The position numbers and the translations under genes were made by a program. A model generated the notes under the pieces. It made no database searches. It had not been told where the DNA came from and was given only the letters and a program-made list of their open reading frames with translations. This document shows, piece after piece, positions 1 to 9,789 of a stretch of DNA of 64,000 nt. Source of the stretch: an uncultured Candidatus Saccharibacteria bacterium (GTDB lineage Bacteria > Patescibacteriota > UBA1384 > JAMDBS01 > DAOVQR01); NCBI GenBank assembly GCA_964481135.1, contig CAYZSW010000005.1, positions 28,126 through 92,125 on the forward strand, given 5' to 3'. How positions within the stretch are numbered: position 1 is the first letter of the stretch; each line of letters starts with the position of its first letter.

Positions 1-519
1 GGTCGTGGAACAGTAGCTACCGGAAGAATTGAAAGAGGTATTGTAAAAGTTAACGAAGAAGTAGAGGTAGTGGGAATTAAACCAACTAAAAAAACTGTTG
101 TTACTGGTGTAGAAATGTTTAGAAAACTATTAGATGAAGGAAGAGCCGGAGATAATGTTGGATGTTTATTAAGAGGAGTCAATAAAGAAGATATTGAAAG
201 AGGACAAGTTCTTGCAAAACCAGGTTCAATAACACCTCATACCGAATTCGAATCAGAAGTCTATATTCTTTCTAAAGAAGAAGGTGGAAGACATACCCCA
301 TTCTTTAAAGGTTATAAACCTCAATTTTATGTCAGAACTACTGATGTAACAGGAGAAGTTGAACTTCCAGAAAAAACAGAAATGGTTATGCCAGGAGACA
401 CTATAACTTTTAAAGTTAAATTACAAGTACCAGTGGCTATGGAAAAAGGAATGAAATTTGCAATTAGAGAAGGTGGTAAGACGGTCGGAGCAGGAGTAGT
501 AACAAATATTATTAAATAA
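1..519 (+). CDS. tuf: Elongation factor Tu, C-terminal part (5' end outside window)
   Basis: Frame open from base 1; motifs [42 protein letters not shown]. Confidence 0.99.
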   Translation, partial: GRGTVATGRIERGIVKVNEEVEVVGIKPTKKTVVTGVEMFRKLLDEGRAGDNVGCLLRGVNKEDIERGQVLAKPGSITPHTEFESEVYILSKEEGGRHTPFFKGYKPQFYVRTTDVTGEVELPEKTEMVMPGDTITFKVKLQVPVAMEKGMKFAIREGGKTVGAGVVTNIIK

Positions 520-543
520 TATTAGAAAGCAAGAATTAATCTA

Positions 544-876
544 ATGGCAAAACAAACTAAAAAAACTCAAATTAAACAAAAAATTCGTATTCGTCTCAAA
601 GCTTACGATCATCGGATCATTGACAAATCTACTCATAAAATTTTAGACACAGTGCTTCGTTCAGGAGCTAAAGTGATCGGACCGATCCCTTTACCTATTG
701 AAAAAAAGAAAGTTACTGTTTTAAAATCAACTTTTGTTCATAAAGATTCTCGAGAACAGTTTGAACAAAGAATCCATAAGAGATTAATAGATGTGATTGA
801 TCCGACATCAAAGACAATAGATAATTTAATGAGTTTGGATATGCCTGCTGGCGTGTCAATCGAAATCAAAACTTAA
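544..876 (+). CDS. rpsJ: 30S ribosomal protein S10
   Basis: [30 protein letters not shown]. Confidence 0.99.
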   Translation: MAKQTKKTQIKQKIRIRLKAYDHRIIDKSTHKILDTVLRSGAKVIGPIPLPIEKKKVTVLKSTFVHKDSREQFEQRIHKRLIDVIDPTSKTIDNLMSLDMPAGVSIEIKT

Positions 877-890
877 TTTATTTAGTTTAT

Positions 891-930
891 AAACAAAAAA
901 GTACTCCTTGCAGAGTATTTTTTTGTTTTT
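891..930 (+). terminator. Intrinsic terminator after rpsJ
   Basis: aaacaaaaaagtactc-cttgca-gagtatttttttgtttt stem-loop with T tract. Confidence 0.75.
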
Positions 931-1011
931 ATCACCCTTCGCCAGCCCGCCCCGCTTCGCGGAGCGAGGCCGGGAAAAACCCTGTGGTCTTAAGTCACAG
1001 GGAAATTCATA
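929..1011. repeat. 83-bp GC-rich double-hairpin element, copy 1 (inverted copy at 38276-38358)
   Basis: Hairpins cccgccccgcttcgcggagcgaggccggg and ccctgtggtcttaagtcacaggg; 77/83 identical by manual alignment to the reverse complement of 38276-38358. Confidence 0.9.
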
Positions 1012-1154
1012 CGAATTTTATATTTTTTTATTAAAACCTTAATTTGTATCAATAATATTTTTAAGTTATAATTAATATTAAATTGTAATGAAAAAATAAA
1101 TTTATGATTATTAACTAGTACTTAAAGCTAACTTAATAAATTTAGGAGGTAAAA

Positions 1155-1316
1155 ATGTCTATTGTTTCAGAATCCGAATACAAAGGTAATCCGATGATTG
1201 TAATTAAAAACAATGAGGAGGATAAATATCCTTTTCAATTCGGAGTTAAAAAAGCTAGGTTAATATTAGAAAATATTGATGAAATTAAAAAATTTGTCGA
1301 TAAATATAATAAATAA
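1155..1316 (+). CDS. Small 53-aa hypothetical protein (below ORF-track cutoff)
   Basis: AGGAGG SD upstream; MSIVSESEYKGNPMIVIKNNEEDKYPFQFGVKKARLILENIDEIKKFVDKYNK*. Confidence 0.8.
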   Translation: MSIVSESEYKGNPMIVIKNNEEDKYPFQFGVKKARLILENIDEIKKFVDKYNK

Positions 1317-1334
1317 TAGAAAGTTTAATTTTTT

Positions 1335-1536
1335 AATTCCCCTCTGCGGGATTTCCCGACCATAAAGTCGTGGGATGTTGACGGATTATGCTTCGGAGGG
1401 ATTTTACTTCGAAGTGCTACAAGGGTTCCTTGACCACCTGCCTTGTCTGTCTTGCTTGCCTTGTCGACAGGACAGGTCAGCAGACAGGTCGGTTCGCTTT
1501 GCGAAGCGTGCAGACAGGTAAGGTTGTTGAAACTTC
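1335..1536. repeat. Cluster of nested GC-rich palindromes (REP-like) or structured RNA
   Basis: ttcccctctg/cggagggat, tcccgac/gtcgtggga, nested cttgtctg...cagacagg arms around gtcgac, ttcgctttgcgaa. Confidence 0.6.
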
Positions 1537-1579
1537 AATAAAAAACATAGTTTAAATTAAAAAAATTTAATATTATTTG

Positions 1580-1608
1580 TTGACAAGATTAAATTAAACT
1601 GTTAAAAT
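1580..1608 (+). promoter_or_regulatory. Sigma70 promoter for the rplC-led operon
   Basis: TTGACA-17 nt-TAAAAT with extended TG. Confidence 0.8.
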
Positions 1609-1633
1609 TAATATATAAATAAAAATCAATTAT

Positions 1634-1693
1634 ACATTTCGATCTGGAAAACTGCCCTTGTTAGTTTAAGGGAGAATGATCTAGATCATATGT
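1634..1693 (+). promoter_or_regulatory. Candidate structured ribosomal-protein leader RNA upstream of rplC
   Basis: Stems gatctgga/tctagatc and cccttg/taaggg inside an otherwise AT-rich 5' UTR. Confidence 0.5.
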
Positions 1694-1717
1694 TTATTTA
1701 ACCAAAATAATAAATAT

Positions 1718-2323
1718 ATGAAAAATGCGATTATTGGAAAAAAAATTGGTATGACAAGAATTTTTGACAAAGAAGGAAATAGTGTTCCTGTTACTTTAGT
1801 TTATGTAGAACCAGTAGTCGTTACTCAGGTAAAAAAGATAGAAAAAAATGGTTTCTATGCAGTACAAGTTGGCTATCAAAATAAAAAAAATCTCAATAAA
1901 CCAGAAAAGGGACATCTCCAAGAATCAAAAGCTAATTCAAAATACCTAGCAGAGTTTAATGATCTACAAAAAGAATTAAATGTAGGCGATAAAATTAATA
2001 TAGATTGTATAAAAGTAGATGATTTAGTGTCGGTTACAGGAATATCAAAAGGAAAAGGATTCTCCGGAGTTATCAAAAGACATGGTTTTTCTAGAGGTCC
2101 TGAATCTCATGGTTCAGATCATCATAGAGCTCCCGGCTCAATAGGCGGTGGATATCCACAAAGAGTAATCAAGGGAAAAAGAATGGCTGGACGAATGGGT
2201 AATCAAAATATAACTATAAAAAATTTAAAAGTTTTAGATGTAAATTTACAAGATAACACACTGTTGTTAAAAGGTTCAGTTCCAGGACCAAAAAATTCTA
2301 TTTTAAAAATTAAGGTATATTAA
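1718..2323 (+). CDS. rplC: 50S ribosomal protein L3
   Basis: GKKIGMT, SKGKGFSGVIKRHGF, HRAPGSIG, GRMG. Confidence 0.99.
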   Translation: MKNAIIGKKIGMTRIFDKEGNSVPVTLVYVEPVVVTQVKKIEKNGFYAVQVGYQNKKNLNKPEKGHLQESKANSKYLAEFNDLQKELNVGDKINIDCIKVDDLVSVTGISKGKGFSGVIKRHGFSRGPESHGSDHHRAPGSIGGGYPQRVIKGKRMAGRMGNQNITIKNLKVLDVNLQDNTLLLKGSVPGPKNSILKIKVY

Positions 2324-3012
2324 TGGTTAATGCAAAATTATACAATTTAGATGCAAAATCAACACAAACCGTGACTTTGGCTGATGATATTTTCAATGTA
2401 TCGTGTAGTGATAATTTGTTGCATCAGGTTATTGTAAGTTTCCAAGCCAATCAGAGAAAATCTTATGCCCACACTAAAGACAGATCTGAGGTTCGTGGTG
2501 GTGGAATAAAACCTTTTAGACAAAAAGGTACCGGTAGAGCAAGAGCTGGTTCTTCTCGTTCGCCAATTTGGTCAGGCGGAGGGACTACTTTTGGTCCTAG
2601 AAATACAGACAATTACTCAAGAAAAATTACAAAGAAAATGCTAAAAAAAGCACTTTCTGTGGCATTGTCATCGAAACTTAAAAATAATTCATTATACATT
2701 GTTGATTTAAGCGATACAAAAGACATAAATACAAAAAAAGCATTAAATTTAATAAAAAATTTTTTACATAAAAATAAAACCTTATTAATACTATTAAATT
2801 CTACATATAAAAACTTAAAATTTTCATTAAGAAATGTGCAAGGTATTAAAATTGTCATGATAGAAAATATTAATTTAATTGATATAGTAAAATTTGATAA
2901 TATAATTATTCCAAAAAGTGTTACAGATGATTTAGAAAAAAATAAAGGTATTAAAAAAGATGCGTTGTTAAATAATAAGAAAAAAAATATTTCTAAAGGT
3001 AAAAAAGAATGA
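2323..3012 (+). CDS. rplD: 50S ribosomal protein L4
   Basis: TKDRSEVRGGGIKPFRQKGTGRARAGS. Confidence 0.99.
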   Translation: MVNAKLYNLDAKSTQTVTLADDIFNVSCSDNLLHQVIVSFQANQRKSYAHTKDRSEVRGGGIKPFRQKGTGRARAGSSRSPIWSGGGTTFGPRNTDNYSRKITKKMLKKALSVALSSKLKNNSLYIVDLSDTKDINTKKALNLIKNFLHKNKTLLILLNSTYKNLKFSLRNVQGIKIVMIENINLIDIVKFDNIIIPKSVTDDLEKNKGIKKDALLNNKKKNISKGKKE

Positions 3013-3293
3013 AGCAAATTTTAATTAAGCCACTTATTACAGAAAAATCAATGCAAATTGTTACAAAAAACAAATATAGTTTTAAAGTAAATAAAAGTGC
3101 TAATAAAGTGCAAATCGCAGATGCAATCAAAAAGCAATACAATGTTGACGCAATTTCTATTCAAACAATTACTGTTAAAGGAAAAATTAAAAATTTTCGA
3201 GGCAAAAAATCTGGTAGAACAAAAGACTTTAAAAAGGCAGTAGTAACTTTGCCAAAAGGTCAGAAAATTGCAGATTTTTCTATCAAAAACTAA
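3009..3293 (+). CDS. rplW: 50S ribosomal protein L23
   Basis: PLITEKS, KKAVVTL; synteny. Confidence 0.98.
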   Translation: MKQILIKPLITEKSMQIVTKNKYSFKVNKSANKVQIADAIKKQYNVDAISIQTITVKGKIKNFRGKKSGRTKDFKKAVVTLPKGQKIADFSIKN

Positions 3294-3305
3294 TTTAAGG
3301 TACAT

Positions 3306-4148
3306 ATGAGTATAAAATATTACAAACCAACAACTTCATCTAGACGCAAAGCCAGTGTTATTTGTGATGCAGTAATTTCCAAAAAAAAGCCAGAAAAATC
3401 ATTAACTGTAAAACTTAAGAAACATGCAGGTCGAGATAATCTAGGTAAAATTAGTGTAAGACACCAAGGAGGAGGTTGTAAAAGAAAATATAGAATAATC
3501 TCATCTTTACAAGATAAAATAAATAGTCAAGCAAAAGTTGTTGCAATTGAATACGATCCAAACAGATCTTCTTTTATTGCTTTAATAAAGTATGAAGACA
3601 ATCAAAAAGCTTATATTATTTGTCCAAATAAAATTAAGATTAATCAAAGCGTTAAGGCATCAGAAACAGGAGATATTGTTATTGGTAATAGGATAAAATT
3701 GAAAAATATTCCAACTGGTACAATAATTCATGACATAGAAATAGTTCCAGGCAAAAGAAGCAGAATGGTTAGAAGTGCTGGAAGTTTTGCGTCGGTAGCT
3801 GCCCTAGCCCAAGGATCCGGGAAAAGAAATAAATATGTTCAAATTAAGTTACCATCAGGTGAAATAAGATTAATCCACGGTGAATGTTTTGCATCAATTG
3901 GGCAAGTAAGTAATCCAAGCCATTCATTAGTAAGAGTTGGGAAAGCTGGTAGAAACAGATTAAAAGGTATAAGACCAACGGTAAGAGGTAAAGCAATGAA
4001 CCCTTGTGATCATCCGCATGGAGGTGGTGAGGGAAATACTTCAATTGGTCTTAAGCACCCTAAAACACCATGGGGGAAACCAGCAATGGGTTATAAAACT
4101 AGAAAAAATTTGCGTACCGATAAATTTATTGTAAAGAGGAGAAAATAA
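3306..4148 (+). CDS. rplB: 50S ribosomal protein L2
   Basis: [33 protein letters not shown]. Confidence 0.99.
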   Translation: MSIKYYKPTTSSRRKASVICDAVISKKKPEKSLTVKLKKHAGRDNLGKISVRHQGGGCKRKYRIISSLQDKINSQAKVVAIEYDPNRSSFIALIKYEDNQKAYIICPNKIKINQSVKASETGDIVIGNRIKLKNIPTGTIIHDIEIVPGKRSRMVRSAGSFASVAALAQGSGKRNKYVQIKLPSGEIRLIHGECFASIGQVSNPSHSLVRVGKAGRNRLKGIRPTVRGKAMNPCDHPHGGGEGNTSIGLKHPKTPWGKPAMGYKTRKNLRTDKFIVKRRK

Positions 4149-4471
4149 TGTCTAGATCAATCAAAAAAGGTCCATGGGTAGATCCAAAAATAATTAAAAA
4201 GACCCAAATTGCAATAAAAAACAACGACACTAAACCAATTAAAACATGGTCTAGAGCTTGTACAATTTCACCAGAAATGGTAGGATTAACATTTGCAGTT
4301 CATAATGGTAAAGAACATATTAGCGTGAAAATTATTGAGGAAATGGTGGGTCATAAATTAGGTGAATTTGCCCCAACACGAAAATTTAGAAAACATGGTG
4401 GTAAGATTGCACGCGACGAAGCTGCTTCTAACGGTGAAACAAAGCCACAACCAGCAGAGAATAAGAAATAA
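4148..4471 (+). CDS. rpsS: 30S ribosomal protein S19
   Basis: [26 protein letters not shown]. Confidence 0.99.
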   Translation: MSRSIKKGPWVDPKIIKKTQIAIKNNDTKPIKTWSRACTISPEMVGLTFAVHNGKEHISVKIIEEMVGHKLGEFAPTRKFRKHGGKIARDEAASNGETKPQPAENKK

Positions 4472-4483
4472 TTAAGGTAATAT

Positions 4484-4870
4484 ATGGATATTATAGTTAA
4501 ATCAAAATACATTAAAACTAGTCCAAGTAAGCTAAGATTGCTAACAAATTTAGTAAAAAATCTTAATGTTAATGACGCTATAGATCAGCTTAATTTTTCT
4601 AATAAGATGATTAAAGATCCTGTAATTCATTTAATCAAATCTGGAATAAGTGCAGCAAAAAACAAAGATTTAGATACAGAAAAGCTATATATCAAATCAA
4701 TTACATGTAATCAAGGGCCTGCATTTAAAAGAATGCAATATAAACCACGAGGCAGGGCAGCAAAAATCAAGAAAAGAACAAGTCATGTAGTTTTAGTGAT
4801 TTCTGATCAAAAGAGTGTCAATAAAAATAAAACAACACAAACTCAGCTAAATAAGGTTAATAAGGAATAA
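4484..4870 (+). CDS. rplV: 50S ribosomal protein L22
   Basis: SPSKLR, GPAFKR..PRGRA, KRTSH. Confidence 0.97.
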   Translation: MDIIVKSKYIKTSPSKLRLLTNLVKNLNVNDAIDQLNFSNKMIKDPVIHLIKSGISAAKNKDLDTEKLYIKSITCNQGPAFKRMQYKPRGRAAKIKKRTSHVVLVISDQKSVNKNKTTQTQLNKVNKE

Positions 4871-4872
4871 AT

Positions 4873-5577
4873 ATGGGACAAAAAGCTTCACCAATTAGTT
4901 TAAGACTGCCGATAACTAAAGATTGGTCATCAAGATGGTTTTCTGAAAAGAAAATGAGTGATTTTATTGCCGAAGATGATTTAATTAAATCACTTATTAT
5001 TAAAAAAATTGGTTTTCAAGGCGGCATAAATAAAGTAGTTATTAATAGAAGCGCTCAAGAAATTAAAATTATTATTAATACTTCAAAGCCCGGTATTATT
5101 ATTGGTAGAAGTGGTCAAGGCGTTAATGATTTAAAAAAACTTATATCAAATAAAATTATGTCTTTTCGCCAAAAGACAAACCAAATCAAAACCTGGAAAA
5201 TTAAAAATTATTCAAAACCAAAAATTACATTAGATAAAATTGATATTAAGGTAAATGAAATTAGAGAACCAGAAACATACGCAAATTTAGTTGCACAAAA
5301 TATTGCATCCCAAATTGAAAAAAGAGTAGCATATAGAAGAGCAATCAAACAAGCCATTACTAAATCATCTGCAAATAAAAAAGTTTTAGGCATTAAAGTT
5401 TCTGTATCGGGCAGATTGGATGGAGTAGAAATAGCTAGAAACGAAAAGTTCGGAATAGGATCAATCCCTCTTTCTAAATTTAAAAAAACAATTGATTACG
5501 CAAAACAAACTGCGAACACAACTTACGGTGCAGTAGGTATAAAAGTTTGGATATATAAACAGGAAATCAGTGAATAA
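4873..5577 (+). CDS. rpsC: 30S ribosomal protein S3
   Basis: MGQK, KPGIIIGRSG, SGRLDG, TTYGAVGIKVWI. Confidence 0.99.
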   Translation: MGQKASPISLRLPITKDWSSRWFSEKKMSDFIAEDDLIKSLIIKKIGFQGGINKVVINRSAQEIKIIINTSKPGIIIGRSGQGVNDLKKLISNKIMSFRQKTNQIKTWKIKNYSKPKITLDKIDIKVNEIREPETYANLVAQNIASQIEKRVAYRRAIKQAITKSSANKKVLGIKVSVSGRLDGVEIARNEKFGIGSIPLSKFKKTIDYAKQTANTTYGAVGIKVWIYKQEISE

Positions 5578-5592
5578 TACAAGGAAAAAACA

Positions 5593-6000
5593 ATGTTAAT
5601 TCCCAAGAAATTAAAACATAGAAAACAATATCGAGGCAAAATGAGACAGGTTAGTAAATCTGGCTATTCAATTAGTTTTGGTACCTATGCTCTTAAATCT
5701 GTTGAATCGAGTTGGGTAACTACACGACAAATTGAAGCGGCAAGACGAGCCATGACTAGATTTATGAAGCGCGGCGGTAAGATATGGATAAGAATTTTTC
5801 CTGATAAACCTGTCACACAGCAACCAGCAGAAACAGGCATGGGTGGAGGCAAGGGTGCATTAGATCATTTTGTAGCAGTTGTTGAAGCCGGACGAATTAT
5901 TTTTGAAATTGACGGTGTGGATGAAAAAACGGCTAATGAATCTTTAAGGCTAGCTGCTCAAAAACTCCCATTAAAAACTAAATTTGTTGTTAAGGATTAA
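5593..6000 (+). CDS. rplP: 50S ribosomal protein L16
   Basis: [27 protein letters not shown]. Confidence 0.99.
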   Translation: MLIPKKLKHRKQYRGKMRQVSKSGYSISFGTYALKSVESSWVTTRQIEAARRAMTRFMKRGGKIWIRIFPDKPVTQQPAETGMGGGKGALDHFVAVVEAGRIIFEIDGVDEKTANESLRLAAQKLPLKTKFVVKD

Positions 6001-6001
6001 A

Positions 6002-6205
6002 ATGAAAAGTAAAGAAGAATTAAAAAATTTAAGATCAAAAAGCAATAAAGATCTAACTAAACTTTTACAAGAAAATTATGAAAAGTTGTCCAAAAGTAAA
6101 TTAGAAATTTATTCCAAAAATAATAAGAAATCAGAAAATATCCAAAATATTAGAAAATCTATTGCAAGAATTTGGACAGTTTTAAATGAAAAATCAATTC
6201 AATAA
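6002..6205 (+). CDS. rpmC: 50S ribosomal protein L29
   Basis: IRKSIARIWTVLNEK; position between rplP and rpsQ; ATG at 6002. Confidence 0.93.
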   Translation: MKSKEELKNLRSKSNKDLTKLLQENYEKLSKSKLEIYSKNNKKSENIQNIRKSIARIWTVLNEKSIQ

Positions 6206-6218
6206 AAACGGAAAATTT

Positions 6219-6455
6219 ATGAATAAAAATTTGCAAACAAAATCAGGCAGAGTTATCAGTAACAAAATGAAAAATTGTTTAGTTATTGAGATAGAATCGA
6301 TTTCTTTTCATCCTTTGTATAAAAAACAAATAAAGAAAAATAAAAAATATCATGTGCATTGTGAAGACAATCAAGCTTATCAATTAAACCAAGTAGTTAA
6401 CATCGTACAGTGCAGACCAATTTCAAAAACCATTCGATGGAAGGTAGTAAAATGA
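6219..6455 (+). CDS. rpsQ: 30S ribosomal protein S17
   Basis: [21 protein letters not shown]. Confidence 0.97.
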   Translation: MNKNLQTKSGRVISNKMKNCLVIEIESISFHPLYKKQIKKNKKYHVHCEDNQAYQLNQVVNIVQCRPISKTIRWKVVK

Positions 6456-6820
6456 TCCAGATGTATACAAAACTAAATATTGCCGACAACAGTGGAGCCA
6501 AAAAGGCAATGTGTATTAAAGTTATTAAAAAAGGCAATAAGCGGACAGCACAAATTGGCGATATTATTATAGTTAGTGTTAAAGATGCTATTCCTTCGGG
6601 TAATGTAAAGAAAAAATCAGTAAATAAAGCAGTTATTGTTAGACAGTGCTTTCCTTTAAAGAGAAAAAATGGTCAAGTAATTCGTTTTGACGATAATGCA
6701 GTAGTTTTAATAGATGACGAAAAAAATCCAAAAGGTACAAGAATTATCGGACCAGTTGCTCGCGAATTAAAAGTTAAAGGATTTAATAAGATTATTTCAT
6801 TAGCACCTGAAGTTTTATAA
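6452..6820 (+). CDS. rplN: 50S ribosomal protein L14
   Basis: [37 protein letters not shown]. Confidence 0.99.
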   Translation: MIQMYTKLNIADNSGAKKAMCIKVIKKGNKRTAQIGDIIIVSVKDAIPSGNVKKKSVNKAVIVRQCFPLKRKNGQVIRFDDNAVVLIDDEKNPKGTRIIGPVARELKVKGFNKIISLAPEVL

Positions 6821-6845
6821 AATTTCAAAATTTTAAGGAATTGAT

Positions 6846-7160
6846 ATGAAAATTAAGAAAAATGATAAAGTGTTGGTTATGAAGGGTAAAGACAGTGGTA
6901 AAACTGGTAAAGTAGAAAAAGTAATACCTAACATTAATAAAATCGTAGTTGCAGGTTTAAATAAATATAAAAGAAGTAGTAAACCGACAAAAGCCAATCC
7001 TCAGGGTGGTATTATGGATATATATGCACCCATTAGTTTAGCTAATGTAAAAATTATCTGCCCAAGATGCAATAAAGCTACTTCAGTTAAATATAATATC
7101 AATCAAAAAAATAAAACTAGAATATGTAAAAAATGCAAAGAAACACTAGAGGTGAAATAA
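6846..7160 (+). CDS. rplX: 50S ribosomal protein L24
   Basis: KOW motif GKDSGKTGKV, NPQGGI; extra CxxC pairs at C-terminus. Confidence 0.98.
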   Translation: MKIKKNDKVLVMKGKDSGKTGKVEKVIPNINKIVVAGLNKYKRSSKPTKANPQGGIMDIYAPISLANVKIICPRCNKATSVKYNINQKNKTRICKKCKETLEVK

Positions 7161-7175
7161 TTTCTGGAGAATTAA

Positions 7176-7742
7176 ATGAATAAATTAAAAGACGAATACA
7201 AAAAAAATATTATACCAAAGATTGTTAAAGATCACAAAATCACAAATGTACATTTGGTGCCTAAGGTTGATAAAGTTGTGATAAATGTTGGAATAGGTAA
7301 AATTAAAGACGATAAAAAAATGGTAAATATGATTAAATCCGATGTAGCAGCAATTACCGGTCAAAAACCTTTAGAATGTCAATCCAAAAAAGCAATATCT
7401 GGTTTTAAACTTAGACAAGGCGATGTGGTAGGTATTTCAGTAACACTCAGAGGTAAGAAAATGTATGATTTTATTGAAAAATTAATTCATGTTGCTTTGC
7501 CACGCGTTAGGGATTTTAAAGGTATAGATGAGAAAAAATTTGATAAGCAGGGTAATCTAAATATTGGAATAAAAGAACATATTATTTTTCCTGAAATTAA
7601 ATACGAAGATGTTGAGAAAATTTACAGCATTCAAATTACCATAGTAACTAACACCAATGATCCAAAACTAGCAAAAGCATTGATAGAAAGTTTTGGCTTT
7701 CCTTTTAAGAAAAAAAATACACAAACTAAATATAATAAATAA
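7176..7742 (+). CDS. rplE: 50S ribosomal protein L5
   Basis: [27 protein letters not shown]. Confidence 0.99.
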   Translation: MNKLKDEYKKNIIPKIVKDHKITNVHLVPKVDKVVINVGIGKIKDDKKMVNMIKSDVAAITGQKPLECQSKKAISGFKLRQGDVVGISVTLRGKKMYDFIEKLIHVALPRVRDFKGIDEKKFDKQGNLNIGIKEHIIFPEIKYEDVEKIYSIQITIVTNTNDPKLAKALIESFGFPFKKKNTQTKYNK

Positions 7743-7764
7743 TTTACACCTAACCGGAGCAAAT

Positions 7765-7950
7765 ATGGCTAAAAAAGCTTTAATAGAAAAAGCAAACAGA
7801 AAACCAAAATACAGGACAAGAATTATAAGACGCTGTTCAAAGTGTGGCAGAATTCATGGTTATTTGAGAAAATATGGATTGTGTCGAATTTGTTTTAGAG
7901 AAAAAGTCAATAAAGGTGAAATTCCTGGTGTAATTAAGTCATCTTGGTAA
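7765..7950 (+). CDS. rpsZ: 30S ribosomal protein S14, Zn-binding type Z
   Basis: [29 protein letters not shown]. Confidence 0.98.
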   Translation: MAKKALIEKANRKPKYRTRIIRRCSKCGRIHGYLRKYGLCRICFREKVNKGEIPGVIKSSW

Positions 7951-7964
7951 AATATAGGAGTATT

Positions 7965-8345
7965 ATGATAACCGATCCAATTTCAGATATGTTAACAAGA
8001 ATAAGAAATGCCCAATTAGTTGGCGCTAGTGAAACCAAAGTAGCTACTTCAAAATTTAAAGTTGCAACTCTTAAAGTACTGAAAGAAAATGATTATATTA
8101 GTGATTTTATTATTAAAGATAAAGAAATAATTATTAAATTAAATTATATCAGCAATAAACCAAAAATTAATAAAATTCAAAAAATTAGTAAGCCAGGCTT
8201 AAGAATATATACAAAAAGCAAAAAGATGCCTAAAGTTTTGCAAGGTTTCGGCATGTTAATTGTTTCAACCCCTCAAGGAGTTATGTCTGGCAAAGAAGCC
8301 CGTAGTAAAAATCTAGGTGGTGAAATAATTTGTAAAATATATTAA
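7965..8345 (+). CDS. rpsH: 30S ribosomal protein S8
   Basis: TDPISDMLTRIRNA, SKPGLRIY, STPQGV, GGE. Confidence 0.99.
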   Translation: MITDPISDMLTRIRNAQLVGASETKVATSKFKVATLKVLKENDYISDFIIKDKEIIIKLNYISNKPKINKIQKISKPGLRIYTKSKKMPKVLQGFGMLIVSTPQGVMSGKEARSKNLGGEIICKIY

Positions 8346-8355
8346 AAGGATTTGT

Positions 8356-8907
8356 ATGTCTAGAATAGGAAGAAAAAATATTTTAATTTCAGATAAAGTT
8401 GATGTTCAATATGAAAACAATATTGTTACTGTTAAAGGTCCAAAAGGTGAATTAAGTTTGGAATTACACCCCAAGGTTTCTATTGAAATTAAAGATAAAT
8501 ATGTTGCAGTTATTAAAAAAACGAACGATAAATTATCAAGGTCTTTATACGGATTAACGCAAAGGTTAATAAGCAACATGGTATCTGGTGTAGTAGAAGG
8601 TTTTGAAAAAAAACTTGAAGTTAAGGGTGTTGGATACAGAACAGAATTAAAAGGTAAAAATTTAGTGTTGCATGTAGGTTATTCTCATCCTGTTGAAATT
8701 ACTATACCCGAAGGTTTAGAAGTTAAAGTACAAAAAAATATAATATCAGTTTCAGGTATTGATAAACAAAAAGTTGGTCAATTCGCAGCAAATATTAGAC
8801 AAGTAAGAAAACCTGAACCATATAAAGGCAAGGGTATCAGATATCAAGACGAGATAGTTAGAAGAAAATCTGGTAAAACTGCCAAAACAGCAACTGCTGG
8901 AGCATAA
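8356..8907 (+). CDS. rplF: 50S ribosomal protein L6
   Basis: MSRIG, GVGYR, GYSHP, PEPYKGKGIRY. Confidence 0.99.
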   Translation: MSRIGRKNILISDKVDVQYENNIVTVKGPKGELSLELHPKVSIEIKDKYVAVIKKTNDKLSRSLYGLTQRLISNMVSGVVEGFEKKLEVKGVGYRTELKGKNLVLHVGYSHPVEITIPEGLEVKVQKNIISVSGIDKQKVGQFAANIRQVRKPEPYKGKGIRYQDEIVRRKSGKTAKTATAGA

Positions 8908-8909
8908 TT

Positions 8910-9260
8910 ATGAATAAAAAAATTTCAATAAGACAAAGAAAAATTAATAAAAGAAGATCTAAAATTGTTGGTAGTAATGAAATCCCTAGATTGTCAATTT
9001 TTAGAAGTAATAAATATATTAAAGCACAGCTTATAGACGACAGCACTAGTAAAACAATACTCTATATAGATCAAAAAAAATTTCCTAAAACAAAAGATAT
9101 TTCAAATATGGAATATTCTTATGAGTCAGGAATAAAGCTGGGAAAAGAAATTTTGAATAAAAAAATTTCGAAAATTAAATTTGATAGTAGATGGTATAAG
9201 TATCATGGAAAAGTTAAAAAATTTGCAGATGGACTAAGAAAAGCAGGCGTAAATTTTTAA
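8910..9260 (+). CDS. rplR: 50S ribosomal protein L18
   Basis: PRLSIFRSNKYIKAQLIDD, YKYHGKVK. Confidence 0.97.
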   Translation: MNKKISIRQRKINKRRSKIVGSNEIPRLSIFRSNKYIKAQLIDDSTSKTILYIDQKKFPKTKDISNMEYSYESGIKLGKEILNKKISKIKFDSRWYKYHGKVKKFADGLRKAGVNF

Positions 9261-9270
9261 AGGAATAATA

Positions 9271-9771
9271 ATGTATAAAAGCAAACCAAATCAAAAAAAA
9301 TCAGAATTCGATGAAAAAGTTATATGCATCGATAGAGTATGTAGAACTGTTAAGGGTGGTCGGCGAATGAGTTTTCGAGCACTTGTTGCTATTGGCAATA
9401 GAAAAGATAAGGTCGGTATTGGTACAGGCAAAGCAAAAGAAGTTTTAACTGCAGTCAATAAAGCAGTTGCAAAAGCAAAAAAGAAAATGATAACCGTTAA
9501 CTCTCAAAATGGGACCATACCTCATGAGATAATTATCGACTATGGAAGTTCTAAATTATTTATGAAACCAGCAAGCTCAGGAACTTCACTAATTGCTGGT
9601 GGCTCTGTTAGAACTATTTTGGAGTTAGCAGGAATAAAAAATATCTTAACAAAGATTATTGGTAGTTCCAGTAAAATTAATAATGCTAAAGCTACAATAA
9701 TTGCTTTAAAGCTTCTAAACAATCGAAGCAAGGAAACAGTCGTAGCAAAAAAAGATATTAAAGAAGAATAA
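9271..9771 (+). CDS. rpsE: 30S ribosomal protein S5
   Basis: RTVKGGRRMSFRALV, GTSLIAGGSVR. Confidence 0.99.
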   Translation: MYKSKPNQKKSEFDEKVICIDRVCRTVKGGRRMSFRALVAIGNRKDKVGIGTGKAKEVLTAVNKAVAKAKKKMITVNSQNGTIPHEIIIDYGSSKLFMKPASSGTSLIAGGSVRTILELAGIKNILTKIIGSSSKINNAKATIIALKLLNNRSKETVVAKKDIKEE

Positions 9772-9789
9772 TATATTACGGGAAAATTT

